A program made the translations under genes and the position numbers. A DNA stretch of 64,000 nt from Eledone cirrhosa (Eukaryota). Each line of letters starts with the position of its first letter. The stretch's first letter is position 1. Positions 1 through 14,084 of this stretch are shown here, in pieces. Below the pieces are notes generated by a model. That model ran no database searches, was not told where the DNA came from, and was given only the letters and a program-made list of their open reading frames with translations. The DNA is taken from the NCBI GenBank assembly GCA_964016885.1, contig OZ024757.1, positions 25,172,001 through 25,236,000 of the forward strand, given 5' to 3'.

Positions 1-205
1 ATACTACTACTACCTACACTACCACTACACTACTACTACTACCACTACACTACCACCACTACCACTTCACTACTACTACCACTACACCACACTACCACTA
101 CACTACTACTACTACCACTACACTACCACTGTACTACCACTACACTATTACTACCACCACTACTGTTACACTACCACCACTACACTACCACTGTACTACC
201 ACCTC
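1..205. repeat. degenerate (CTA/CAC)n microsatellite
   Basis: actactactac/accactacac units throughout. Confidence 0.9.
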
Positions 206-534
206 CAAATAATATTTTACATGGAACATGAGACTGTATATAAACTAGACAACAGATCCCTGGTTTGTCTGGGAGATCAGTAAACCCCTCTTTAGTACTG
301 ACATGCTCTATGTAGACATGTGCACCCCTGACTAGCAGGGTACATAGCTGACATTAAAATGGTAATGATGATGATGATGGTAATGATGGTGATGATGGTA
401 ATGATGATGATGATGATGATCTAGCTGAATTTCTTTTTAACTGAGATCACCATTTCTTATTTATATTTAAATTAATGGTTTCTAATTTTTTTCTTTTCTG
501 TATGTATGTGCAAGTGTTTATTGCTAACCAGTTA

Positions 535-828
535 TCATCATCATCATTTTACGTCCACTTTTCCCTGCTTGCAAGGGTGGGACGGGAACTGATTCTGGCT
601 TGATTTCTACAGCTGGATGCCCTTCCTAACACCAACCTCATTTTCAGTGAGTGCTGGTTGCTTTTTTTGCCGTGGGGTCCCTATCATCTCATTTCTACAG
701 CTGAGTAAACTGGAGTGATGTGAAATAAAGTGTCTTGCCCAAGGAAACAACACATCACCCAGTCTGAGAATTGAACTCACAACCTTTCGATTGCAAGGCC
801 AATGCTCTAACCACTAAGCCATGGCCTT
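535..828 (-). mobile_element. tRNA-derived SINE family A (CORE-like middle, RTE-type 3' tail, (GAT)n end)
   Basis: Minus strand: A box TGGCTTAGTGG, B box GTTCAATTC, tgtttccttgggcaagacactt, ...ggaagggcatccagc...cccttgcaagcagggaaaa + (gat)n; near-identical copies elsewhere in window. Confidence 0.85.
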
Positions 829-926
829 AGGAGCGAAATTTGGCAGACAGAAAGTGTGTGGAAGCCCATCATCACTATCATTGATTTTACATCTGTTTTT
901 CCATGCTTGCAAGGGATGGGCGGATC

Positions 927-977
<51 letters not shown>

Positions 978-1229
978 CACATGAGTGCATATAATGGCTC
1001 AATAACTTAACAATACAGTCTTTATCTCACATCTAGACTCCTGCCCCCACCCTTCACTGTCTTCTTTTGTTGCTTTTTTTCTTTTCCTATTGTCCGACGA
1101 AGGATTAGCATCCAAAACATTAAGTCAACTATAGCAAGTGTTAAACTAATAAACCATTATTGTATTCCATTGTATTGTTTCCCTCATTCATTTTCCTTGT
1201 TGACTTTGCACATATATGAATATATATAT

Positions 1230-1263
<34 letters not shown>

Positions 1264-1364
1264 ACATACATATATATATGTATGCATATATATATATATA
1301 TATGTATGCATATATATATATATATATGTATGCATATATATATATATATATATGCATATATATA

Positions 1365-1395
<31 letters not shown>

Positions 1396-1480
1396 CATAC
1401 ATATATATATATATATATGTATGCATATATATATATATATATGTATGCATACATACATATATATATGTATGCATACATAC

Positions 1481-1560
<80 letters not shown>

Positions 1561-1561
<1 letters not shown>

Positions 1562-2256
1562 GTGTAACAGTAATATACGTGAACGGCAAAGCATAAACGA
1601 ACTAAGGAAAAAATTAGAAATAAGAGGGATCAGATGTTGTTTACTCGAGAGAAGGCTACGTTGGTATGGACACGTGATGCGCATGAAAGTCGATAGCTGT
1701 ATAACAAAGTGCAGGGCAATAAAGATAGACGGTAGTCACGGAATAGGCAGACCTAGAAAAACCTGGGACGAGCTGATAAACTCCGACCTCACACACTTAC
1801 ACCTCTCCAAGACAATGTCACTGGACTGAGACCTTTGGCGCTACTCAGTAACAGAGAAGACCCGCCTTACCTAAATACATAGTAAAACCTACTACAGCCA
1901 GTAGGCATCTCTAACAAAATACCCCCCCCCCCCCGTCCCACCACCCCCACCACCCCGTTCTATGTAAAGTTATGTTGGTGCCACACCATCCAGGCCGAAA
2001 CAAATGAGATCGTGTAGGTGTCACGACAAAAAAACACACAGTCCACGCTGTAATGTGGGCGTGTAGGCAACACGGTAAAAACCTCCCAGACCCACACTGT
2101 AAATGTGGTTGGTGTTAGGAAGGGCATCCAACTGTAGAAAACCTGCCAGACAGTCCTATGCGAGCAAGACAATCACTCTTGCCTCAAGTGGGACTACCCC
2201 CGTCCAAACCCATGCAAGCGTGGAACACGGACGTTAAACGTTGATGATGATGATGA

Positions 2257-2258
<2 letters not shown>
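1561..2258 (+). mobile_element. 5'-truncated RTE LINE (ORF C-terminus + 3'UTR + (GAT)n tail)
   Basis: Encodes ...[12 protein letters not shown]...GRPRKTW...; nearly identical to 10700-11410; sits in an (AT)n tract. Confidence 0.9.
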
Positions 2259-2313
<55 letters not shown>

Positions 2314-2316
2314 CAC

Positions 2317-2347
<31 letters not shown>

Positions 2348-3006
2348 CACATATATGCGTGTGTGTATATATATATATATATATATCAATATGTGTGTGT
2401 ATGTGTGTTGTTTATTGTTGTGTATATAAATATTATGCAGGTTTCCATGGTTTACATGTCAGCTAGGTGGGCGGAAGAGCAAAACATATATATACATGCA
2501 TGTGTATATACATGTTTATGTATATATATGTATATGTGTATATATACATGTATATGTGTGTGTGTATATATGTATAAATAAATATATGTATACAATACAT
2601 ATATATATATATATATATGAAATTCATATACATACATATAAATACATATAAATACACACACACATGCACACACGCAGACACACACACACAAATACACATA
2701 CGCAGACACAGACACACACAAATACACATACGCAGACACAGGCACGCACAAATACACAGACACAAATACAGTTGCAGACACACACACACACATACACAAA
2801 TACACACACAGACACACAAAAATACACACACACAGACAGACATACATATATATCTGAAGTCGTAGAAAACAACCTGACATTTTATATCGGAAAAACAACA
2901 GTAAGGTAAAAAAATAAAACAACAACAACAACAGCAGCAGCAGCAGCAGCAGCAAGAAAAATAGGATTTGATCACTATCGACAACAACAACTACAACAAC
3001 ATGGAG

Positions 3007-3041
<35 letters not shown>

Positions 3042-3110
3042 CCCCTGAACAATATCAAAAAATATTGCCAAATGTGGCAGATGGCTCAACATGGAAATAA
3101 TCCCGACAGC

Positions 3111-3143
<33 letters not shown>

Positions 3144-3174
3144 TTATATATATATATATGTATATATATATATG

Positions 3175-3210
<36 letters not shown>

Positions 3211-3240
3211 TATATATATATATATGTATATATATATATG

Positions 3241-3300
<60 letters not shown>

Positions 3301-3301
3301 A

Positions 3302-3366
<65 letters not shown>

Positions 3367-3524
3367 CATATACATATATATATGTATATATATATATATA
3401 TATATAAATATATATAATACATATATATAGAGTAAGAGAGAGAAAGTGAACGAGAGAATCTCACACACATACATATGTACTGCACATTTATATACATATA
3501 TATAAATATATGTGTGTGTGTGCG

Positions 3525-3556
<32 letters not shown>

Positions 3557-3572
3557 GCATATAAACACATTC

Positions 3573-3624
<52 letters not shown>

Positions 3625-4262
3625 GCACACACACACATATATGTACACACACACACACACACATATACATAATATACATACAATACAATCTGTAAGCCAG
3701 TTTAGCTGTCTTCCTGTATCTAAATCTTCATCTTACTCCCTCCCAGTCTCTTCCTTGCCTTTCCTTGCCTGTCTATTTCTATATATTTTGCTTTCCAAAT
3801 ATCTTTGCCATTTATGTCAATATCTGGCTGTCTTTTTTACTTCATTTATATATCATGATGATGTATATATATATATATATATATACATATATGATGATGA
3901 TGATGATGATATATATATATATATATATATTTAATTTAATTTTAATTTAATTTTAACTACCTTTTAATGATTTTGTTGTGACTGCCCGTTTCAGGAAAGC
4001 ATTTTGATATTTGGTTCCAGAATTCTCTCACTTCTTTTTGTTCAAATCGGTGGTAACCAGCCACTCAAACTGATATTAAGGTATAGTTCTCCAAATAAAT
4101 AGCATCAAAATCTCATAGATTAGATATTATGTGAGGTAAAGCCTTTACCATGAAAATATTATAGTAAATATAAAGTAATGTAAATGCTAAAGTGTTAACT
4201 TTTTTAAAATTCTACTTCAAATAGAATTCCACATATATAATGAAATGATGAAATGAAATGAT

Positions 4263-4603
4263 GAAGGCGCATGGCTTAGTGGTTAGAACATTGGCCTTGC
4301 AATCGAAAGGTTCTGAGTTCAATTCTCAGACCGGGTGATGTGTTGTTTCCTTGAGCAAGACACTTTATTTCACATTGCTCCAGTTTACTCAGCTGTAGAA
4401 ATGAGATGATAGAGACTGGGGTCCATATCATTCCACTGCAAAGTGGTCGTGGAGGTGCCACGGCAAAAAAAGCACCCAGCACTCACTGTAAATGAGTTGG
4501 TGTCAGGAAGGGCATCCAGCTGTAGAAATCAAGCCAGAATCAGTTCCCGTCCTACCCTTGCAAGCAGGGAAAAGCGGACATAAAATGATGATGATGATGA
4601 TGA
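4263..4603 (+). mobile_element. tRNA-SINE family A, full length
   Basis: gaaggcgcatggcttagtggttagaacattggccttgcaatcgaaaggttctgagttcaattc head; (gat)n tail. Confidence 0.9.
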
Positions 4604-5200
4604 TTATATATATATATATTTATTAGTCTTCACATTTATTATTACGAGGTCGATAAAGTAAAATAAAGTACCAGTAACAAACTGGGGTAATTGCTGGCCT
4701 TGTGCCAAAAGTAGAAACAATTATTACTATAAATATATATGTATATATTTATATATTTATATTTATTTATATATGTTGATGTTGATGATGATGCTATATA
4801 TATATATATATATCGTGTAGGTGTCACGACAAAAATAAAACACACAGTCCACGCTTTAATGTGGTTGGTGTTAGGAAGGGCATGCAACCGTTGAAAACCT
4901 GCCAGATAGTCCTATACAAGCGAGACATGGACATCTGACCAATCTTGCCTCAAATGGGACAACTGCTTTCTAACCCATGCTAGCGTGGAAGATAGTCGTT
5001 AAATGATGATGATGATGATGATGATATATATATATATAGATATATAGATATGTGCGCGTGTGTATATAAATCAGTTTGAAACTGGTTAGACCATTACTCA
5101 CCAGAGTACTCAATACTTGGGGTAGTAGAGTATGGTTACTTTATAAAGTTCCAGACTCACACAAACGCACTCGCGCCCACATATATATACACACACACAC

Positions 5201-5256
<56 letters not shown>

Positions 5257-5700
5257 TGATTACTTCTTCCGTTACTTTGGTATTGTATTTTTGGGTTTTG
5301 CCTACCGCAATGTTCAATTTGTCAAGCTATTTAAATGTATGTTATTACTCTGAGGACCTACCCTTATTGAGTGCTTTGCTACTCATTCCTTATTGTAGGT
5401 CGACTTTGCTTGGCCACAGCCAAAGCTTCGATTTTACTAAGCTTCCACTTGTATACACACACACATATATATATATACACACACACATATATAAATATAT
5501 ATACAATATGTTGAAAAGGTAACACACTAGAGAGAGATACAGTGCACTATCAATAAAACAAGGAAAAACCACCACTGGTTTTTCAACATATTGTATTCTA
5601 AAGTGCCCAGGATTTCCTCTCCTTTGATCACATTATTTACAGGGAACAGCGAGAGTCTATGGCTCCATTAATGTATCGTGATATATATATATATATATAT

Positions 5701-8700
5701 GTTGACTGCGGAAATTTGAAAAGTCTAAGCACTCAATTACAATGTCACAGATAAAGATAAATTCACCTCCCGCTGCAAGACGAGAATACAAGGACCCCTC
5801 TTTATTTCAGACACAGATGACCAACAAAATCCCGTCTCCCACACCCCTCCCTGCCCCTCCAACCCATCCATCCCACCCTCCCAACTTCAGAGTTGGTACC
5901 ATGAACGTAGGCACATTGAAAGGTCGCTCAAATGAGGTTGTAGAGATGCTTGAACGTAAAGATGTTGATGTTTGTTGTATTCAAGAGACTAGGTGGAGAG
6001 GGGGGGGGGGGGGTCTGCCAGATTCATCGTTGGTAAAAAACGATGCTATAAACTTTTCTGGGTGGGAAATGACAACAGACTGGGTGGAGTAGGAATTATG
6101 TTAGCTGAAAAATGGGTAGATAAGGTAATCGACGTAAATAGAGTAATTGACAGAATAATTAAAATAAGGCTAGTTCTAAATAAAACTACTGTGACAATAA
6201 TATCCGCTTACGCACCCCAATCTGGTCTACTTGACGTTATAAAGGACAGGTTCTATGAGACACTAATGCACACTACCTCCCAAATAATCGACAGCGACTA
6301 CCTAATTATTGCTGGTGATCTAAACGGCCATGTTGGACAACATAGTGATGGCTATGATGGAATCCATGGAGGCTATGGGGTTGGAAATAGAAATGAGGAA
6401 GGCTTCAGAATCCTGTAATTCTGTGACGCCAATAACCTAACTATCTGTAACACAGACTTCAAAAAACGTGAAAACCACTTGATAACCTATAGATCAGGGG
6501 AACACGCCAGCCAGATAGATTATATCCTTACTAGAAGACGGGACAAAGTGTCTGTTGTAAACACTAAATCCCTCCCCCGTGAAGAATGCACCTCCCAGCA
6601 TAGCCTAGTAGTTAGTGACCTCACAGTCAGAAATAGACGTACTCAACGACAGAGGAGGCCTACCTTGAGGAGAAGAATATGGAAATTGAAGGACCCCATA
6701 ACCAGTGACAAATTTAAAAGCTTATTACTTGATGCCTTTGACAATAAGGAAGAGCAATTAGAGACGTGCGACATAGAGAAACAGTGGCAATTCTTGAAAG
6801 TGAACCTGCTGAAAGCAACGGATGAAATCTGTGGCTGGAGCAGACCTATTGGCAGGAGGAGAGTAACTTGGTAGTGGAACAGTAAGGTAGAAGAGACAAT
6901 CAAGGCCAAAAAGTAGGCTTGGAAAGTTTGGCAGGATGGGGGAAGTAGACAGCACTATCAAGTGGCCAGGAGAGAAGCTAGGAGAGAAGTGTACCTTGCA
7001 AAAAGGGAAGCAGAGGATAGAAAGTTCAAGCATGTTCTACAATGCGAGGTGTTCAGGATTGCTAGACAATGTGTCAAGGAAAACCGTGATATTGTCGGAG
7101 AGAAGTGTGTACGTAATGATAACGGTGTACTTGCACTCACTGATGCTGATAAGAAGATGGCCTGGAAGTGTCATTACGAGAGACTATTAAATGAGGAGAA
7201 TATGTGGGAAAAAGATAGTCTGCCCCAAATCGATCCAATAGAAGGACCAGCGGTGCAAGTTAAAGGTAGTATAATAAGTAAGGCAATCAAAGATATGAAG
7301 ACAGGCAAAGCAGCTGGGCCTTCGGAGATAGTTGCTGGGATGTTGAAGGCATCTGGAATGGTGGGACATACTATGTCACCCGTATAGTTAACCAAGTAAT
7401 ACAGAATGTGGTCATACCAAAAGACTGGCGTAGCAGCATCATCATTAACTGCTACAAGGGTAAAGGAGATGCTCTAGATAGAGGAAACTATAGAGGCATT
7501 AAGTTAATTGACCAGGTCATGAAGGTCACAGAAAGGGTTATAGCGCAACTAATCAGAGAGCGAATTGATCTAGATGAAATGCAGTTTGGATTTGTGTCAG
7601 GTAAAAGTACCACAGACGCTCTTTTCCTTGTACGACAACTACAAGAGAAGTACCTAGCTAAAAGTAAACCCCTATACTTAGCTTTTGTAGACCTGGAAAA
7701 AACCTTTGCCAGAGTCCCCCACTCCATTATCTGATGGGCTCTTAGAAAACTAGGTGTAGATGAATGGCTTGTGAGAGCTATACAAGCTATGTATAATGAA
7801 ACAGTCAGTAAGGTTAGAATTAACAATGAATATTGTGAAGAATTTAGTGTAAAAGTTGGTGTTCACCAAGGCTCTGTCCTTAGCCCCCTCCTATTTATTA
7901 TTGCCCTTCAGGCTATAACAGAGGAGTTCAAGACCGGCTGCCCATGGGAACTCCTGTACGCAGATGATCTAACGCTCATAGCTGAATCAATGGCTGAACT
8001 AGAAAAGAAATTCCAAACATGGAAGCATGGCCTAGAATCAAAAGGCCTTAAAGTTAACTTGTCTAAGACTAAAGTCCTAGTTTGTAGAAAGGAAAATAAG
8101 GCACAGGTACCCTCAGGGAAATGGCCTTGTTCAGTGTGTAGGAAAGGAGTAGGCAGAAATTAAATTTTATGTCCCAAATGCAAAGTATGGGTACATAAAA
8201 GATGTAGTGGGATCACAGGTAAACTATCTAAGAATGTAGACTTTATATGTGGCCGATGCTCAGGTGCGATAAGTAGCAAGTGCCCACAGGATGCTAGCCG
8301 CTTCTATTGCCCAGATGGTTCTATAGAAATAGTAGACACTTTCCGTTACCTGGGTGACAAAATCAGCAGTGGTGGAGGGTGTTCTGAAAGTACAGTAGCC
8401 AGAGTCAGAACGGGATGGAAAAAGTTCAGAGAGCTTATACCGCTGTTGGCCACAAAAGGTTTCTCTCTAAAAATGAAAGGCAGATTGTATGATGCTTGTA
8501 AACGAACAGCAATGCTACATGGCAATGAGACATGGGCATTGCGTGCAGAGGACCTGCGTAGACTGGAAAGGAACGAAGCATGCATGCTCCTTTGGATGTG
8601 TAATAGTAACATACGTGAACGGCAAAGCATAAATGAACGAAGTGAGAAATTAGGAATAAGAGGGATCAGATGCTGTTTACTAGAGATAAGACTACGTTGG

Positions 8701-9092
8701 TATGGCCACGTGATGCGCATGAAAGACGACAGCTGTATAAAAAAGTGCAGGGCGATCAACATTGATGGTAGTTACGGAGTAGGTAGACCCAGAAAAACCT
8801 GGGACAATCTGATAAATTCCGACCTTACACACTCTCTATAAAGTTGGTACCACAACATCCAGTCCAAATAAATGAGATAATGAGATCGAGATCGTGTAGG
8901 TGTCACGAGAAAAAAAACACACAGTCCACGCAGTAATGTGGCCGTGTAGGTAACACGGTAAAAAGTTCCCAGTTCCACACTGTAAATGTGGTTGGTGTTA
9001 GGAAGGGCATCCAGCCTTGCCTCAAGTGGGACAACTCCCGTCTAACCCATGCTAGCGTGGAAAGTGGACGTTAAACAAGGATGATGATGATG
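5701..9092 (+). mobile_element. Near full-length RTE-clade non-LTR retrotransposon, inactivated
   Basis: APE motifs (GTMNVGTL, CIQETRW, SAYAPQ, AGDLNGH, QIDYIL, SQHSLV); RT motifs (KGKGD..NYRGIKL, QFGF, AFVDLEK, GVHQGSVLSPLLF, LLYADD, FRYLG); C-terminal [15 protein letters not shown]; 3'UTR and (gat)n tail. Confidence 0.95.
5742..8841 (+). pseudogene. disrupted RTE endonuclease-reverse transcriptase ORF
   Basis: ORF-track segments 5742-6092, 5993-6418, 6479-6874, 6962-7387, 7408-7734, 7771-8163, 8446-8841 are colinear, broken by a poly-G frameshift (~6000), a frameshift near 7370 and several stops. Confidence 0.92.
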
Positions 9093-9212
9093 ATATATAT
9101 ATATATATGTATATATATATACACACATATATATATATATATGATGATGATGATATAGTATAGCATGTGTGTGGGGGTATGTTTATGTAGAAGAAGAGTA
9201 GGAATAAGTATA

Positions 9213-9275
<63 letters not shown>

Positions 9276-9432
9276 ATACTAACCTTGAAATAGTGAAATC
9301 CTCACACACCAACTCACATGGCCGAATTAGATCCTATGTTCCAGTTGGGAATGTGTCTGGAAGAAAATAAAAAAAAACATCAGTATCTGTATACATATAT
9401 ACACACACACAGACACAGACATACACACACAT

Positions 9433-9616
9433 TGGAGGAAGACCATGGGAATCATAGGCAGGCGGAGGTGGTGAGAGCTGACCTCAGATCGCTGAAGGTC
9501 ACAGAGGAGATGACGAAGGACTGTGACAAGTGGAGAGATGTTGTGCTGAAGAAGACCTGTTCCACCACCCTTGCAAGCAAGGAAAAGTGGACACAAAATG
9601 ATGATGGCGATGATGA
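9433..9616 (+). mobile_element. 3' end fragment of a second RTE subfamily
   Basis: EVVRADLRSLKVTEEMTKDCDKWRDVV followed by the cccttgcaagcaaggaaaagtggac tail; second copy at 35567-35727. Confidence 0.75.
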
Positions 9617-9888
9617 TATACATATATGCAAATATATATATATATATATACAATGATATTAAATTTAATATCATTGAATACTTACTCCAGAAATCTGTCG
9701 AGTGCTCTGAATCAGTTATAAACATCTATTTTTGTTGGATTTCCAACAAATTAAATATCTCTTCTACATATATATATTTGCATACACTGTATGTATGAGT
9801 CTTTTCCTGTTACCCACTCTACTACCCTAAGTATTGAGTACTCTGGTGCGTTATGTTCCATCCGGTTCCTTACCACAACTCCTTCGTT

Positions 9889-9933
<45 letters not shown>

Positions 9934-10091
9934 TAAATATACACGGGTATGTATGATTGTGTATAGAAGATTATATTAATAAAAGGAATTCCAACTTTGT
10001 CTGATTTACTCGTTTTATTTACAATCCTTTAAAATTTATAATGGTATTAGAATGAAATAGTATGGTAGAATATTAAATGTTGAGTGTTAAT

Positions 10092-10130
10092 TGAACAAGT
10101 ACTTTCATGATTTTGCAATCTTCAGGTTCA
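10092..10130 (-). ncRNA. hammerhead motif (mirror arm, weaker stem II)
   Basis: rc: tgaac CTGAAGA ttgcaaaatcat GAAA gtac TT gttca. Confidence 0.55.
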
Positions 10131-10202
10131 TAATGTGTGGTGAAAGTCAAGTTTTCAATTTTCACAGTTGAAAATTGCAAACTTGACTGTCACCACACAA
10201 TA

Positions 10203-10241
10203 TGAACCTGAAGATTGCGAAAGCATGAAAGTACTTGTTCA
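10203..10241 (+). ncRNA. minimal type-I hammerhead ribozyme motif
   Basis: tgaac CTGAAGA ttgc-gaaa-gcat GAAA gtac TT gttca: stem I tgaac/gttca, GNRA-capped stem II, palindromic A-GTAC-T stem III. Confidence 0.7.
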
Positions 10242-10370
10242 ATTAACACTCAACATTTAATATTCTACCATACTATTTCATTCTAATACCATTATAAGTT
10301 TTAAAGGATTGTAAATAAAACGAGTAAATCAGACAAAGTTGGAATTCCTTTTATTAATATATATATATAT

Positions 10371-11410
10371 AAGTAGCAGCAAGTGCCCACAAACTACTAG
10401 CTCTTTCAATTGCGCAGAGGGTTCTATAGAAATAGTGGACAGCTTCCGTTACCTGGGCGATAAAATCAGCAGTGGGGGAGGGTGCTCTGAAAGTACTGTA
10501 GCTAGAGTCAGAACTGGTTGGAAAAAGTTCAGAGAGCTTATACCACTATTAGCTGCTAAAGGGTTCTCACTAAAAATGAAAGGCAGGTTGTACGATGCCT
10601 GCATACGAACAGCAATGCTGCATGGCAGTGAGACCTGGGCATTGTGTGCAGAGGATATACGCAGACTAGAGAGGAACGAAGCTTGCATGCTCCGCTGGAT
10701 GTGTAACAGTAATATACGTGAACGGCAAAGCATAAACGAACTAAGGAATAAATTAGAGATAAGAGGGATCAGATGTTGTTTACTCGAGAGAAGGCTACGT
10801 TGGTATGGACACGTGATGCGCATGAAAGTTGATAGCTGTATAACAAAGTGCAGGGCAATAAAGATAGACGGTAGTCACGGAATAGGCAGACCTAGAAAAA
10901 CCTGGGACGAGCTGATAAACTCCGACATCACACACTTACACCTCTCCAAGACAATGTCACTGGACCGAGACCTTTGGCGGTACTCAGTAACAGAGAAGAC
11001 CCGCCTTACCTAAATATATAGTAAAACCTACTCCAGCCAGTAGGCATCTCTAACAAAATACACCCCGTCCCACCACCCCCACCCCCACCCGATCCACACC
11101 ACCCCGTTCTATGTAAAGTTATGTTGGTGCCGCGCCATCGAGGCCGAAACAAATGAGATCGTGTAGGTGTCACGACAAAAAACACACAGTCCACGCTGTA
11201 ATGTGGCCGTGTAGGCAACACGGTAAAAACCTCCCAGACCCACACTGTAAATGTGGTTGGTGTTAGGAAGGGCATCCAACTGTAGAAAACCTGCCAGACA
11301 GTCCTATGCGAGCAAGACAATCACTCTTGCCTCAAGTGGGACTACCCCCGTCCAAACCCATGCAAGCGTGGAACACGGACGTTAAACGTTGATGATGATG
11401 ATGATGATGA
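10371..11410 (+). mobile_element. 5'-truncated young RTE copy with intact 3' ORF segment and 3'UTR
   Basis: ORF 10339-11013 with [28 protein letters not shown]; (gat)n tail. Confidence 0.92.
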
Positions 11411-11479
11411 TATATATATATATTTTGTTTCTGAATTTGTTTAGCAAGACTCTTCATCTGAAAACGTGTGTTGAAACCG

Positions 11480-11705
11480 ATATTGTTATACCTTGGGAGG
11501 GTCATGTTGCCAATAAGAAACACACGCACCAGTTGCGTTCACTTCAATTTATTATAAATTATATTTATAAATTTAGGATTCATAAATTTCCGGAAATTTA
11601 TAAATTCCTAAATTTATAAATTTAATTTATAATAAATTGAAGTGAAAACAACTGGTGCGTGTGTTTCTTATTGGCAACATGACCCTCCCAAAGTATAACA
11701 ATATA
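11480..11705. repeat. ~225-bp palindrome
   Basis: atattgttata..gggagggtcatgttgcc / ggcaacatgaccctccc..tataacaatat arms, centre tttccggaaa; single arms at 43410-43495 and 55010-55035. Confidence 0.9.
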
Positions 11706-11906
11706 TATATATATACACATATATATATACATATTATGTAACAAACAACACAATACAATTATTCCATATACCGAAGGTTTCACAAAGACAGGCGTGCTCA
11801 ACAGAGACGTTTGAAATAATTGTCTTATGTTGTTTATTACATAATTAGATAGCTCTGTAGCATACGTAGAGCACTCTCCCTTCCTTTAACCTTTATACGG
11901 AAATAC

Positions 11907-11948
<42 letters not shown>

Positions 11949-11990
11949 ATATATTAATAAATGGAAACTATATTTATAAAACCATAATTA

Positions 11991-12052
11991 TTTTATTATA
12001 CATATTTCAAGGGCAACCAAGGCAAATTTTGGTGCGCTTTCATCAGATAAAA
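11991..12052 (-). ncRNA. minimal type-I hammerhead ribozyme motif
   Basis: rc: ttttat CTGATGA aagcgcaccaa...ttggttgccctt GAAA tatgta TA ataaaa. Confidence 0.7.
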
Positions 12053-12419
12053 TACAAAATTTGTTTCATAAATGTTGACATACCCGCAGAAAAACAACCT
12101 TGACAGTTGGAGGTTCGCTGGTTAGTCATATTGAATATTGAATATTTTGAATATTTACTCCAGTAATCTGTTGAGTGCTTTATATCAGTTATAAAACTTT
12201 TAAGCTTGTTGAATCCCAACAAATTAAATATAAGTTTTGCATATATATATATATATATATATATATAAAGGAGGTGTGGTAAGATACCAGGTGGACCATA
12301 ATGCACCAGAGTACTCAATATTTAGGGTAGTAGAGTGGGTAACAGGAAAAGAGTTAGGACCCCGACGGGTGAGCTCCGGCCGTTTCGACTGCTAGATCAG
12401 ACCTCCAGTTCGGATCTAG

Positions 12420-12493
<74 letters not shown>

Positions 12494-12622
12494 TTTCATG
12501 TCATGTACATATATATATATATATGCTTATATACATGTATATATACATATATCCATATATATAAATAGATATATATATATAAATAAATATACACGGGTGT
12601 GTATGATTGTGTATAGAAGATT

Positions 12623-12817
12623 ATATTAATAAAAGGAATTCCAACTTTGTCTGATTTACTCGTTTTATTTACAATCCTTTAAAATTTATAATGGTATTAG
12701 AATGAAATAGTATGGTAGAATATTCTACCATACTATTTCATTCTAATACCATTATAAATTTTAAAGGATTGTAAATAAAACGAGTAAATCAGACAAAGTT
12801 GGAATTCCTTTTATTAA

Positions 12818-12820
<3 letters not shown>
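12623..12820. repeat. perfect ~200-bp palindrome, internally deleted sibling of 9973-10360
   Basis: Same arms and same upstream leader (aaatatacacgggt..gaagatt), folded at gaatattc ~12720. Confidence 0.92.
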
Positions 12821-12848
<28 letters not shown>

Positions 12849-13235
12849 GTAGATAAATCTACCAAGAGTTTACGGTAGTGTCCAATCCGTATGAAGAACT
12901 CAATGTATTCCGGATATCATGGAAAGAAGAGATGTAATGAAAAATCACTTTCGGTGAAAGATAAACGGTATACAGAGTCAAGATAAAATATTAAACAAAT
13001 AATGAATAAACAATGAGACAGTTCCTTATATTAAACAAAAAAAGTTCATTATTTAACGATCGTTTCTAGGATATATATGTGTTAGAATTGGCATGCATAT
13101 TCAACAGATCTATGTACAAAATTATACAAAATTATACAAACTATCAAGATTAAATATACATACCAACACATATATATATATATACATATATATATACATA
13201 TACATACATATATATACACACACACATATATATAC

Positions 13236-13266
<31 letters not shown>

Positions 13267-13315
13267 CATACATATATATACATATACATACATATATATA
13301 CACACACATATATAC

Positions 13316-13353
<38 letters not shown>

Positions 13354-13369
13354 ATACATATATATATAT

Positions 13370-13417
<48 letters not shown>

Positions 13418-13816
13418 ATATATAAATCGCTGTCCAGTTTGTTTCTCTACCAGCATATCAGGAAAAAATTGTACATTTTCTATGTATTTTATCTGAGGCG
13501 GACATGTTTTGCTTTATGTTATACATAAAACTTTACATCTTCGAAATATATATATACATACACACATATATTCATACATATATATATACACACACACACA
13601 TACACAACTTCGAAATATATATAATGAAATAAATAGATGATATAAAGTATATATCTTTCATTTATTACTAATATTACTATATAGACATATATATATATAT
13701 ATATATGCACACACACATATATACATACATATATATACACACACACATTGGGTCGTCAAGTATGAAATTTGTTTTTATTTCTACATATTTCTACAAATTT
13801 CATACTCGATAACCTA

Positions 13817-13954
<138 letters not shown>

Positions 13955-14084
13955 ACCATAATATCAATAAACAAACATCAATATATAACACAGTTACCTT
14001 TCTCAGTTGAATATTGGAGGGTGAGTTTCTAGTAAGTAGGACATTGATTTAATATGTTTGTATATATGTATATATATATGTATG

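Larger units (their letters stand above)
9973..10360. repeat. ~385-bp near-perfect palindrome (foldback element) with a hammerhead motif in each arm
   Basis: atattaataaaaggaattcc...ggaattccttttattaatat arms, centre ~10165; internally deleted copy at 12623-12820. Confidence 0.95.

Noticed and set aside
4263-4335. tRNA gene (GCA in the anticodon-like loop)
   Set aside because: Anticodon and acceptor stems do not pair properly and the head is always fused to the SINE body
5345-5410. CTGAGGA-cctac...gtagg hammerhead-like segment
   Set aside because: GAAA and stem I partner missing
5701-9092. Active autonomous RTE
   Set aside because: Multiple stops, frameshifts and a deletion near the ORF end/3'UTR
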